Source: an uncultured Lentisphaeraceae bacterium (GTDB lineage: Bacteria > Verrucomicrobiota > Kiritimatiellia > RFP12 > UBA1067). From it: a DNA stretch of 64,000 nt. Under the pieces are notes generated by a model that did not search any database, was not told the DNA's origin, and worked only from the letters and a program-made list of their open reading frames with translations. Each line of letters opens with the position of its first letter. Within the stretch, counting starts at the first letter, position 1. The position numbers were made by a program, and so were the translations under genes. Below, one piece after another: positions 19,468 through 28,798 of the stretch. The stretch is from the NCBI GenBank assembly GCA_964386865.1, contig CAYLUN010000012.1, forward strand, positions 13,029-77,028. Reading direction: 5' to 3'.

Positions 19468-21552
19468 CTAGCGCACCTTGCCGTCCTTCTTGCGCTTCTC
19501 GATGATGGTCTCGGCGAGCTCGAAGGGCACGCCCTCGTAGCGCTCGAACGTCATCGAGAAGGTGGCGCGGCCCTGCGTCACCGTGCGGATCGCGCTCGAG
19601 TAGCCGAACATCTCGCCGAGCGGAACGAAGCCGCGCACCAGCTTGGTGCCGGCCTTGTCGTCCATGCCCTCGACGCGGCCGCGGCGCGAGCAGATCGAGC
19701 CGGTCGCCGTGCCCATGTACTCTTCGGGAACAGCCACCTCAACGCTCATGATCGGCTCGAGCAGCAGCGGGTTGCCCTTGAGGAAGAGGTTCTTAAAGCA
19801 CTGGCGCGCGCACTCCACGAAGGCGAACTCGTTGGAGTCGACCTCGTGGTAGGAGCCGTAGTGGACGACGACCTTGACATCGACCACGGGGAAGCCGCCG
19901 CACGGGCCGTTCTCCATGGCTTTGATGATGCCCTTTTCGACCGCCGGAATATACTCGTTCGGGATCACGCCGCCCTTGACCTCGTTGACGAAGGCGAACC
20001 CGTGGCCCGGCTCCTGCGGCTCGAGGCGCAGGCAGACGTGCGCGTACTGGCCGCGGCCGCCGGACTGCTTGACGTGCTTGTACTCGCCGTCCACCTTGTG
20101 GCGGATGGTCTCGCGGTAGGCGACCTCGGGCTTGCCGACCTCGCACTCCACGCCGTATTCGCGGCGCAGGCGGTCCACGATGATCTCGAGGTGGAGTTCG
20201 CCCATGCCCGAAATGACCGTCTCGCTCGTCTCGGGGTCGAACTTCACGATGAAGGTCGGATCCTCCTGTGCCAGCGAGTGCAGCGCGGTTCCGAGCTTCT
20301 CGTTGTCGCCGCGCGACGACGGGCGGATCGCGATCGAGATTACGGGCGCGGGGAACTCAATCGACTCCAGCACGATCGGGTGCTTGGGGTCACAGATCGT
20401 GTCGCCGGTGCGGGTCTTGGAGAGGCCCACCACCGCGATGATGTCGCCCGCGTAAGCCTCGTCCAAAGCCTCCTGGCGGTTGGCGTGCATCCGGAAGAGG
20501 CGCCCGATGCGGGCCTCCGCCTCCATCGTGCTGTTGTACACCGGATCGCCCACTTTCAGCGTGCCCGAGTAGATGCGCACGAAGGTGATCTTGCCCATGT
20601 GCTTGTCGGAAAGAATCTTGAACGCCAGGCCGGCGAACGGGTCCTTGTCGTCCGGGCGGCGAACCTTCTCCGGGTTGTCCGCGGCATGCACCGAGCCCAC
20701 GTCCAAGGGCGACGGCAGATAGTCGATCACGCCGTCGAGCAGCGGCTGCACGCCCTTGTTCTTGAAGGCTGTGCCGCAGTAGGCGGGAACGAGCCTGCGC
20801 TCGATGGTGCCCTTGCGGATGCCCTGCTGGATCTCCTCGACCGTCAGCGAGCCGCTCTCGAAGTACTTGGTCATCAGGGCTTCGTCCTGCTCGGCGGCCT
20901 TCTCCATCATCTCGAGATGCAGGCGCTCGCACTCCTCGCGGTACTCCTCCGGAATCTCGCTCTCAATCACCTTGACGCCCTTGGACGCCTCGTCGAAGGT
21001 CAGCGCCTTCATGGTCAGCAAATCGATCACGCCGGCGAAGGTCTCCGCCGCGCCCATCGGGTAAACCATCATCACCGGGTTGCCGCCCAGCGTGTCGCGG
21101 ATCTCGTTGATCACGTTGAAGAAGTTCGCGCCCACGCGGTCCATCTTATTGACCATGCACAGCTTGGGCACCTCGTACTTCTCGCTCTGGCGCCACACCT
21201 GCTCGGTCTGGGGCTGCACGCCGCCGACCGCGCAGAACAGCGCAACCGCGCCGTCCAGCACGCGCAGCGAGCGCTCCACTTCAGCCGTAAAGTCCACGTG
21301 CCCCGGGGTGTCGATCAGGCTGATCTGGTGGTCGCGCCAGGAGACCGCCGTCGCGGCCGACGTGATCGTGATGCCGCGCTCCTGCTCCTGCACCATGTAG
21401 TCCATGGTCGCCGCGCCCTCGTGCACCTCGCCGATCTTGTAGTTCTTGCCGGAATAGAAAAGGATGCGCTCGCTGCAGGTCGTCTTGCCCGCGTCGATGT
21501 GGGCCATGATGCCGATGTTGCGGACTCGGTCCAGCGGAATGGATCTGGGCAT
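19468..21552 (-). CDS. fusA: Elongation factor G (stand-alone, divergent paralog)
   Basis: RNIGIMAHIDAGKTT, RGITI, DTPGHVDF, NKMD, GMGELHL, KQSGGRGQY and LLEPIM; 694 aa; no rpsG or tuf neighbours. Confidence 0.95.
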   Translation of the reverse strand: MPRSIPLDRVRNIGIMAHIDAGKTTCSERILFYSGKNYKIGEVHEGAATMDYMVQEQERGITITSAATAVSWRDHQISLIDTPGHVDFTAEVERSLRVLDGAVALFCAVGGVQPQTEQVWRQSEKYEVPKLCMVNKMDRVGANFFNVINEIRDTLGGNPVMMVYPMGAAETFAGVIDLLTMKALTFDEASKGVKVIESEIPEEYREECERLHLEMMEKAAEQDEALMTKYFESGSLTVEEIQQGIRKGTIERRLVPAYCGTAFKNKGVQPLLDGVIDYLPSPLDVGSVHAADNPEKVRRPDDKDPFAGLAFKILSDKHMGKITFVRIYSGTLKVGDPVYNSTMEAEARIGRLFRMHANRQEALDEAYAGDIIAVVGLSKTRTGDTICDPKHPIVLESIEFPAPVISIAIRPSSRGDNEKLGTALHSLAQEDPTFIVKFDPETSETVISGMGELHLEIIVDRLRREYGVECEVGKPEVAYRETIRHKVDGEYKHVKQSGGRGQYAHVCLRLEPQEPGHGFAFVNEVKGGVIPNEYIPAVEKGIIKAMENGPCGGFPVVDVKVVVHYGSYHEVDSNEFAFVECARQCFKNLFLKGNPLLLEPIMSVEVAVPEEYMGTATGSICSRRGRVEGMDDKAGTKLVRGFVPLGEMFGYSSAIRTVTQGRATFSMTFERYEGVPFELAETIIEKRKKDGKVR

Positions 21553-21797
21553 GTCTAGGACTCCTTGTTGCCTGTTCGTCTACCGGGGCCTGATTTCGCA
21601 GGTTTTTCCCGACGTGCCGGCCTGTCGTTCCCGGCTACCGAAACACCCTTCTGAGGGTTGGTTAAAGGTGGTAGTATTGAGCTTTTTCGGGCAGCTTTCA
21701 AGCGCAAAAGGCGAGAAATCGAAAAAAGCCGGAATTCGGGCCGGAAAAAAACGCCGGAACAATAACTGCGGCCGGCATCGTCGGCCCGCGGCGCGCC

Positions 21798-22826
21798 CTA
21801 GAACGCCGGGCGCTCCGGCTTCTTCGCGCCGGCTTCTTCATCGTCGCCGGCGTTCGCGCCCGCGGCGTCCTTGCGCTGCGCCTGGCGCGCCTGCCGCCGG
21901 GCCTCGTGAGCCGCCCGCTGCTGCTCGACTCGCACCTGGATCATCTTGCGCATCAGATCTTCGGGCAACCGGAGGCTCACCACCACGACCTCGTCCTGCA
22001 GCGCCACCTGGGCGCTCTGAGCCACGGCAGCCGCATCCGGGTTCTGCGCCGCCTGCAACGTCAGCAGCGCTTGGATTCCCTGCGCCGCTTGCTGCATCTG
22101 CTGGGCCTGCTCCTTTGTCGACGCCTTGACCATCAGCGTGCAGTCCAGCCCGTTCGTAGCGGCCAGCTGCCCGACCTCCAGCAGCAGCGCGTCGGCCTGC
22201 TTGAGCATCTGAAGCTTCGGGTTGGCGACGGCCAGCTCAGCCACGCTGTTGGCCTGCGCGGCGAGGAAGCGCCCCTTCTTGCGAGACAGCGCCTGCGCGA
22301 ACGGCCCCTCGCCCTCCGCCCCCCGTGCCGCCCCGTCAACCCGCGCGACGGCCTCGAGGATCTGGGCCTCGTCCCACGACAGGATCACCATGGTGGGGTC
22401 GATGAAGCACAGGTGCCGGCGCTTGCTGCCTTCGCGCCAGCTCAGCAGGCTGCGCTCGCCCAGCGCCTTGTTCTGAAACTCCTTGCCGCCGCCGACCAGC
22501 GCCGTCAGCTTCGCCACGTCGAACCGCCCGCAGGCGACCTGAACCACGCCCGTTGTCTGCAGCTTACCCTGGGTATAGGCAACGAAGTAATCCACGTCGT
22601 TCGTCAGGTTGATGCCAGCCGCCGACTGAAGCCACGACAGCCCGCGCCGGGCGTTGTCGTCCAAAGACTGCTGGATGAACGCCCCCATGGGCGACGCGTT
22701 CAGCTCCTTCAGATCCACGCACACGACCGCCGCCGCATCCGAAGGGAGGTGCGCCGCCTTGAGCTGCGCCCGCGCCGACACGACCACACACAGGACTACG
22801 CCCATCACCAGCATCCATTGTCTCAT
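21798..22826 (-). CDS. Secreted hypothetical protein
   Basis: Signal peptide MRQWMLVMGVVLCVVVSARA and coding-like codon usage; the upstream part of the ORF track is AT-rich promoter DNA. Confidence 0.7.
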   Translation of the reverse strand: MRQWMLVMGVVLCVVVSARAQLKAAHLPSDAAAVVCVDLKELNASPMGAFIQQSLDDNARRGLSWLQSAAGINLTNDVDYFVAYTQGKLQTTGVVQVACGRFDVAKLTALVGGGKEFQNKALGERSLLSWREGSKRRHLCFIDPTMVILSWDEAQILEAVARVDGAARGAEGEGPFAQALSRKKGRFLAAQANSVAELAVANPKLQMLKQADALLLEVGQLAATNGLDCTLMVKASTKEQAQQMQQAAQGIQALLTLQAAQNPDAAAVAQSAQVALQDEVVVVSLRLPEDLMRKMIQVRVEQQRAAHEARRQARQAQRKDAAGANAGDDEEAGAKKPERPAF

Positions 22827-23119
22827 ATCACGCTCCGCGTCACGAACCAGACCAAGAACCACCGTTAATGAGTATACACGATAGACGAACGAATCGTTAC
22901 AGTCGAGCGCATTTCCGGACTTCTGAGCCATCATTCTCGCCCAGCAGATCATGTAATAATTATATTCTTTCGCGAAATAACGAGTTGTTTGTTTCATGCC
23001 CGACATGCCATTATGAGCCCCAAACAGGTGGAGCAGGATCTGCCGGCTGAGAATTATTCGCGCGCTCTGCCCTGTCGACTCGGACTCCTCTCCTGTTACC
23101 AGAAGAAGACCAACCCGAA

Positions 23120-24277
23120 ATGAGCGTCACCCTCAACGACATCGCACGACACGCGGGCTGTTCACCCGCCACGGTCTCGCGCGCCCTCAACGGCACGGCG
23201 GGCGTCGAGCCCAAGCTTCTCTCCCGCATCCGCTCGGCCGTCAAATCCCTCGAGGGCGACGCCGGCGCCGCGCCCGTCGAGGCCGGGCGCGCCGCGCCCA
23301 AGCGCGGCCGGCCGCGCGGCACGCTGCGCAAATCCGACATCGCCGACGTGATCGTCTTCCGGCGCGAGGCGGTCGAGCCGCTGAGCTTCTCCGACAGCAG
23401 CCTGACCGTCGCGCCGCTGACCGACGCCACGCCCAACCTCTTTTTCTCGCCGCGCTTCCGGCTGACCACAGACTTCTACCGCCACATCATCGACGGCGCC
23501 GTCTCGGTGTTCGCCGCGGCCGGACTCAAAGCCGTCCAGCACGTCCGAAACGACCTGCTCGACAAGCACCTGCTCCACGACCTGCAGACGTCGCGCCACC
23601 GCGGCGTGCTGCTGCTGGGCGAGCCCGACCCGCAGGTCCAGGCCTTTGCAGACGCGTGCGGCTGCCCCGTCGTGCTGGTGGACATCCTCGGCGTGGCCGG
23701 GCACCCCGTCGTGGCGATCGATAACGCGGGCGGCATTGGCCTCGCCCTCCGCCACCTGCTCGACCTCGGCCACCGCGACATCGGCTTTGCGGGCCACCCC
23801 AGCAACCCCAGCCTACGCGAGCGCTTCCTGGCCTTCTGCGGCGGCATGACCGAAGCCGGGCTGACCGTTCGCCCCGAATGGCGCTACGGCGGCTCGGGCC
23901 ACATCCGCGACGTCGCCGAAGGTGTGCGCCCCATCCTCGCCCGCAAGCGCCGGCCAACCGCTTTTGTCTGCGCCGGCGACTACTACGCGATCGGCGTGCT
24001 CGAGGCCTCGCGCGCGCTCGGGCTGCGCACGCCGCAGGACCTCAGCGTCGTCGGCTTCGACGACGTCGACGCCGCCGCGCTGCTGTCGCCGCCGCTCACC
24101 ACCGTGCGCGTCCCGAAAATCCAGCTCGGCGCCTGCGCCGCCGACCTGCTCCAGCGCGGCACCTCGGAAGGTCTCCCGGACATCTGGCGCCACTGCGAGG
24201 TGCGCTGCCGCACCGAACTGGCCGTCCGCGCTTCCACCGCCGCCATTCGAAAAGCCAGCCGACTCTCACCCAACTGA
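23120..24277 (+). CDS. LacI-family transcriptional regulator with atypical hinge
   Basis: TLNDIARHAGCSPATVSRALN HTH, HLLDLGHRDIG and PQDLSVVGFDD...PPLTTV. Confidence 0.92.
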   Translation: MSVTLNDIARHAGCSPATVSRALNGTAGVEPKLLSRIRSAVKSLEGDAGAAPVEAGRAAPKRGRPRGTLRKSDIADVIVFRREAVEPLSFSDSSLTVAPLTDATPNLFFSPRFRLTTDFYRHIIDGAVSVFAAAGLKAVQHVRNDLLDKHLLHDLQTSRHRGVLLLGEPDPQVQAFADACGCPVVLVDILGVAGHPVVAIDNAGGIGLALRHLLDLGHRDIGFAGHPSNPSLRERFLAFCGGMTEAGLTVRPEWRYGGSGHIRDVAEGVRPILARKRRPTAFVCAGDYYAIGVLEASRALGLRTPQDLSVVGFDDVDAAALLSPPLTTVRVPKIQLGACAADLLQRGTSEGLPDIWRHCEVRCRTELAVRASTAAIRKASRLSPN

Positions 24278-24288
24278 AGGAACACACA

Positions 24289-27200
24289 ATGCGCTCACGC
24301 CACCTCTACACCCTGCTGGCCGCCCTGCCGGCCATCCTCACCGCCGCCGAGATCAGCCTCACGCAGAAAGGGCTCGCCGTCAACGCCGGCCCCGCGCTGG
24401 GCACGCTGACCCTCGACTACCCCGCGCTCACCCGCGCGGGCAGCGCTGAGCGCCGAGCGCCCGAGAAGGTCGCCGTTAGCGGCCAGGCCGCCTCGCTCAC
24501 CTACGCCGGCGGCGCGCAGCTCACGTTGACCCTCTCGCCTGACGGCGCGGCTCAAGTCCACGCCAGCGGGCTCAGCGCGACGGACAAGGGCCTCTCGCTG
24601 AGCATGCTGCTGCCCACGTCACTCGCGGGCAAAGCCCAGTGGTCGATCAAGGACTCCGCCGCCAAACTCCTTCCCGCCGCCGCAGGCGCGGACGCCTTCC
24701 TGTGGCGCGGCGACGCCACACGCTTCACGCTCTCCGACGGTGCGGGTAAGGGCGTCTCCATCGTCATCGAACACGGCTACCAGCAGCTCCAGGACAACCG
24801 CGTCTGGAACACCGACGCGTTCCAGTGGCTCTCCTTCTCCGCGCTGCCGCGCACGGGCGGAAATGAGGCGTTCTTCAAGCTGCACGTGCTCGACGCGGGC
24901 GCGCCCATCCCGGCACCCAAGGCCGCTGCGGCCGCCCCGGCCAAGCCCGCGCCCAAGAAGCCGACGGCAGACGACCGCCTCGCGCTGGGCCTCTCCGACA
25001 AAGGCATCGGCCTCGCGTGCGGCAGCATGGGCTCCTTCACGCTGGCGTTCCCGAAGCTGGACTTCGGCGACAGCAAGAAGCGCGAGCCCGTCGAGACGCG
25101 CGTGCAGGGCGTAACCGCCACGCTCACCTACGAGGGCGGCGGCAAAGTCTCCGTCTCCGCCGCCTCCGGCACGCTCACCTTCACCTTCGAGAACATGCCC
25201 GCGGCCCTGAAAGCCTTCTCCACCGAGTTCTTCATCGCCCCCAACTACAGCGAGGGCGGCACCTGGCGCACCGAGGGCGCGAGCGGCGCGTTCCCGCGGG
25301 AGAAGCCCGCGAAGCCGCACCTTTTCCAGAACCACGGGCGCCAGTTCGAGTTCGCAGACGTCAATAACAAGCGCCTCTCCCTCGCCCTGCCGGAGTACAC
25401 CTACATTCAGCTGCAGGACAACCGCGAGTGGGGCTGGAACATCTTCTGGGTCAACTTCAAGATCCCCTACCTCGCCGACCGCCCCGCCTACACGATCGCC
25501 GTCGCCCTGGACGCCAGCGCGGCCCAGCGCGTCGTGCTGGTCGACCGCTTCGGCCAGACCACACAGCGCGACTTCCCCGGCAAGGTCAAGGACGAGGCCG
25601 AGCTCAAGGCCGATGCCGCCGCCGAGGCCGCCTACTACGCGTCGCTCACCCCGCCCAGCCGCAGCCGCTTCGGCGGCCTCGCGGGCAGCGGCGCGAAGCT
25701 GGGCCTCAAGATAACAGGCTTCTTCCACGTCGAGCAGAAGACGCTCGGCGGCCGCGACGTCTGGATCCTGGCCGATCCCGACGGCGAGGCCTTCTTCCAC
25801 CTCGGCGTCTGCACCTTCGGCCCCGGCGAGGACTACACCACGGTCGAGAAGCGCGAGGACGTCTACGACTGGCTGCCGCCGCACGCCGAGGCCTTCGCCG
25901 CGGCCTGGCACCCGGACACGTGGTGGAACCCCCGCGCGGTCTCGTTCTACAAGGCCAACGTGATCCGCAAGTACGGCGCCTACGACGAGGACGCCCACAC
26001 CGGCCGCCTCGTGGACCGCGTGCGCCAGCTCGGCTTCAACTCCGTGGGCGCCTTCTCCGGCGGCTCGCAGGTCTTCGCCCAAAAAGGCTTCCCGCGCGTC
26101 GGCACCCTGCCGCTCAGCACCTGGGCCCTCGGGCCCTCCCTCCCCGGCGTGCGCGGCGTCTTCGACCCCTTCGACGCCAAGAACCTCGCCAAGATGGACG
26201 GCCTCTTCGCCAAGTCCGTCGCCGAGAAGGCCGCCGACCCGTTGCTCATCGGCTACTTCCTCGACAACGAGCAGGGCTTCGAGGACCTCCCGCGCGCCAT
26301 CCCCGCGCTGCCCGGCAAGCACGCCGCCAAGCGCGAGCTGGTCGCGCAGCTCCGGGCGACCTACAAGGAGATCGCCGCCTTCAACGCCGCCTGGGGCCTC
26401 GACGCCGCCTCCTTCGAGTCGCTCGCCGACCGCGGCCTGCCGCTCACCACCCAGGCCGCCTACGCCGACATGCAGGCCTACACCGAGCGCTTCCTCGACA
26501 CCTACTACCGCTCGATCACCGAGACCTTCCGCAAATACGACAAGAACCACATGCTGATCGGCAACCGCTGGCAGCCCGGCACGGCCAACAGCGAGGTCCT
26601 CTGCCGCGTCGCCGGCAAATATATGGACGTCATCAGCATCAACTACTACACCTGCGGCATCGACGCGGCCTTCGTCCGCCGCCTCTACGAGTGGACCGGC
26701 CGCAAGCCGCAGTTCTGGAGCGAGCTTTACTTCACCGCGAGCAAGGAGAGCAACGTCGCGCCGAGCAACATGGACCTGGCCACGCAGACGGAGCGCGGCC
26801 TCGCCTACCGCCACTACGTCGAAGGCGCCGCCGCGCTCGGCTTCGTGGTCGGCGTGGAGTGGTTCACGCTCATCGACCAGGCGGTCACCGGGCGTTTCTT
26901 TGAGGGCCTCAACGGCGAGCGCGGCAACACCGGCCTTTTCAACGTGGCCGACCGCCCCTACCGCGACCTCTTCGCGGAGATGGCCAAGACGCACGCCGCG
27001 CTCTACGACGTGTGGCTGGGCGGCAAGGCCCCCTACCTGCTCGACAACCCGCGCTTCAGCGGCAAGGCCGGCGGCGCGACCCGCACGGTCTCGGCCGGAC
27101 GGCCCACCGCGGCCATGACGATCGACGGCCAGCTCGAAGGGTGGCCGGGCCGCCCGCCCGAGCGCGTCGCCACCGACCGCCTCGTCGCGGGCCGCGAAAG

Positions 27201-27687
27201 CAACGGGCTGGAGGCCGCCTTCAAAGTCGCGTGGGACGACAAGGCCCTCTACCTGCTCGTGAACGTCACCGACGCGACGCCCATGAAGAACGCGCACGCC
27301 GGCGACCACCTCTGGAGCGCCGACGGCATCGAGCTATTCATCGGCAGCGAGCGGCTCGACCAGGGCGGCACGCTGCTCTTCACCGACCGCCAGATCCTGC
27401 TCGGCGCGGGCCAGGCCAACCAGGCGCACGTCGTGAACGCGGCCCGGCAGCCCGCCATCGAGACCTCGGTTACGCCCGCCGTGGACGGCAAGGGCTACAC
27501 GCTCGAGGCCTCGATCCCGTGGCCCGCGCTCGACGTCACGCCGAAAGAGGGCCAGACGCTACTCTTCGACCTCATGGTGGACAACAGCGACGACGGCAAG
27601 GGCCGCACCTGCCAGCTCGGCTGGAACGGCGGCGCCCGTAACTCCGCCGACCGCAGCGCCTGGGGCCGCCTCACGCTGACCCCCTAA
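24289..27687 (+). CDS. Multidomain GH50-like (beta-agarase-like) hydrolase with duplicated N-terminal domain and C-terminal CBM9/DOMON-like domain
   Basis: GFFHVE...W...DPDG..FF.LG, LGFNS, LIGYFLDNE, DVISINYY, VGVEWF and ERGNTGL; C-terminal IDGQLEGW...WDDKALYL...DGIELF...GYTLEASIPW. Confidence 0.75.
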   Translation: MRSRHLYTLLAALPAILTAAEISLTQKGLAVNAGPALGTLTLDYPALTRAGSAERRAPEKVAVSGQAASLTYAGGAQLTLTLSPDGAAQVHASGLSATDKGLSLSMLLPTSLAGKAQWSIKDSAAKLLPAAAGADAFLWRGDATRFTLSDGAGKGVSIVIEHGYQQLQDNRVWNTDAFQWLSFSALPRTGGNEAFFKLHVLDAGAPIPAPKAAAAAPAKPAPKKPTADDRLALGLSDKGIGLACGSMGSFTLAFPKLDFGDSKKREPVETRVQGVTATLTYEGGGKVSVSAASGTLTFTFENMPAALKAFSTEFFIAPNYSEGGTWRTEGASGAFPREKPAKPHLFQNHGRQFEFADVNNKRLSLALPEYTYIQLQDNREWGWNIFWVNFKIPYLADRPAYTIAVALDASAAQRVVLVDRFGQTTQRDFPGKVKDEAELKADAAAEAAYYASLTPPSRSRFGGLAGSGAKLGLKITGFFHVEQKTLGGRDVWILADPDGEAFFHLGVCTFGPGEDYTTVEKREDVYDWLPPHAEAFAAAWHPDTWWNPRAVSFYKANVIRKYGAYDEDAHTGRLVDRVRQLGFNSVGAFSGGSQVFAQKGFPRVGTLPLSTWALGPSLPGVRGVFDPFDAKNLAKMDGLFAKSVAEKAADPLLIGYFLDNEQGFEDLPRAIPALPGKHAAKRELVAQLRATYKEIAAFNAAWGLDAASFESLADRGLPLTTQAAYADMQAYTERFLDTYYRSITETFRKYDKNHMLIGNRWQPGTANSEVLCRVAGKYMDVISINYYTCGIDAAFVRRLYEWTGRKPQFWSELYFTASKESNVAPSNMDLATQTERGLAYRHYVEGAAALGFVVGVEWFTLIDQAVTGRFFEGLNGERGNTGLFNVADRPYRDLFAEMAKTHAALYDVWLGGKAPYLLDNPRFSGKAGGATRTVSAGRPTAAMTIDGQLEGWPGRPPERVATDRLVAGRESNGLEAAFKVAWDDKALYLLVNVTDATPMKNAHAGDHLWSADGIELFIGSERLDQGGTLLFTDRQILLGAGQANQAHVVNAARQPAIETSVTPAVDGKGYTLEASIPWPALDVTPKEGQTLLFDLMVDNSDDGKGRTCQLGWNGGARNSADRSAWGRLTLTP

Positions 27688-27811
27688 CGCTCAACGCTCA
27701 ACGAATCAAAATCGCTATCGGCATCGCTATCGGTATCGGCCCCCGTTTCCGACGCGGCACGCGCGCCCCGCCCGCGCCCCCTTTCTCCACTTGAGCGCTG
27801 AGCGTTGAGCG
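27686..27811. repeat. Short tandem heptamer/hexamer repeats in inverted arrangement
   Basis: (AACGCTC)x2.5 at 27686-27703, ATCG(C/G)(T/C) hexamer repeats at 27711-27738 and (T/C)TGAGCG x3 at 27791-27811. Confidence 0.6.
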
Positions 27812-28096
27812 CTCTCTCCCGCCCCACTTATCATCGTCTGGCCGTTATGCACGGCCTGGCGGTACATAACGTCAAACCCGCGCGCCACGACATTCTGTCG
27901 CGGCTTGCCGACCGACTGGTCGGCGAGCGAGCAACTACTTGAATGTCAGAGAATTACGTATTCTCGTAGCTTGGACTTGACGAAACCACGGTTCCCTGAG
28001 TAACTTCCCAGCCGTCGGCGTTCAGCATCGTTTTACCCGCCAGACCCGCGGATTGCGTTTGGACGCCTATTTCATGTTCGCCAGCAAAGGAGAAAC

Positions 28097-28468
28097 ATGA
28101 GAACAGGAACAGCATTCATGGGTGCGGTTGCTATGGCGGTCAGTCTGCTGGTTGCGGGATGCTCACCCGCAGGCGGGCGGGCGGAAACCATCGCAGAGGG
28201 AACCATCTACTACGTTGAGTTCACGAAAGCAGGCGGGGGGGCCGAAGGCTTCACGCGTGTCAACAGTTCCACAGCGGTGCCCGGACGAAACGGCAGTTGG
28301 AATATGGATGCATACGGTCGGCTCACACGGGACTTCCTGACGATTACGCGCCCACGACAGAAAGATCTTGGCCCCCTGGTGATCCCGGTCCACCGGCTGG
28401 TGTCGATTCAGTTCGGTGATGGCGGCATCAAGACGGTCAGTGAGAATCACCCTGCAGCGCCACAATGA
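28097..28468 (+). CDS. Hypothetical lipoprotein (gene-cassette ORF)
   Basis: AAGGAG RBS, lipobox LVAGC, lower GC than the flanks, followed by an attC. Confidence 0.7.
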   Translation: MRTGTAFMGAVAMAVSLLVAGCSPAGGRAETIAEGTIYYVEFTKAGGGAEGFTRVNSSTAVPGRNGSWNMDAYGRLTRDFLTITRPRQKDLGPLVIPVHRLVSIQFGDGGIKTVSENHPAAPQ

Positions 28469-28479
28469 CAGAAGCGGAA

Positions 28480-28539
28480 GGCCAACCATCCGCTGCTCGG
28501 CACGTCGCTTCGCGCCGCCCGAGAGCGCCCACGTTGGTC
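28480..28539 (+). mobile_element. Integron attC recombination site (60 bp)
   Basis: R'' GGCCAAC and R' GTTGGTC; inner arms CGCT(G)CTCGG / CCGAGAGCG with one extrahelical base; lies 11 bp after a stop and 13 bp before the next ATG. Confidence 0.75.
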
Positions 28540-28552
28540 AATAGAGTAAAGC

Positions 28553-28798
28553 ATGCTTAAAGGTGTTTTGAAAGTAGCGTTGTCAGTTGCCACAGTCATG
28601 GCATGGGCGGCTTTTTTGTTTCTCGACTCGCTCTGGAGTGCGTGCCTCAGCCGTGCGGTCGAGGAGGGGAGCAAAGCCTACGGCGAAATTTACGGGCCGC
28701 TTTCCTTCTTCCGTCCGCTCTCGATGTATTCCGCCTGGGCTCTTTCACTGCTCTGCGCCGGCTTACTGGTGATCGGCTCGAAAGAAAAGAAGCAGTGA
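28553..28798 (+). CDS. Small two-TM hypothetical protein (second cassette ORF)
   Basis: Starts just after the attC; two hydrophobic segments; lower GC. Confidence 0.55.
   Translation: MLKGVLKVALSVATVMAWAAFLFLDSLWSACLSRAVEEGSKAYGEIYGPLSFFRPLSMYSAWALSLLCAGLLVIGSKEKKQ

Noticed and set aside
21635-21646. GTG-TTT-CGG-TAG mini-uORF as a fusA leader peptide
   Set aside because: The purine-rich stretch directly abuts the GTG, so there is no usable RBS spacing; likely chance.
27686-27811. CRISPR array
   Set aside because: Units are 6-7 bp without spacers, and there are no cas genes in the window.
27844-27872. CGTTATGCAC...GTACATAACG palindrome as a dif site or attC
   Set aside because: No XerD-like arm, and the GTT...AAC order is the reverse of an attC; it could still be a protein-binding site.
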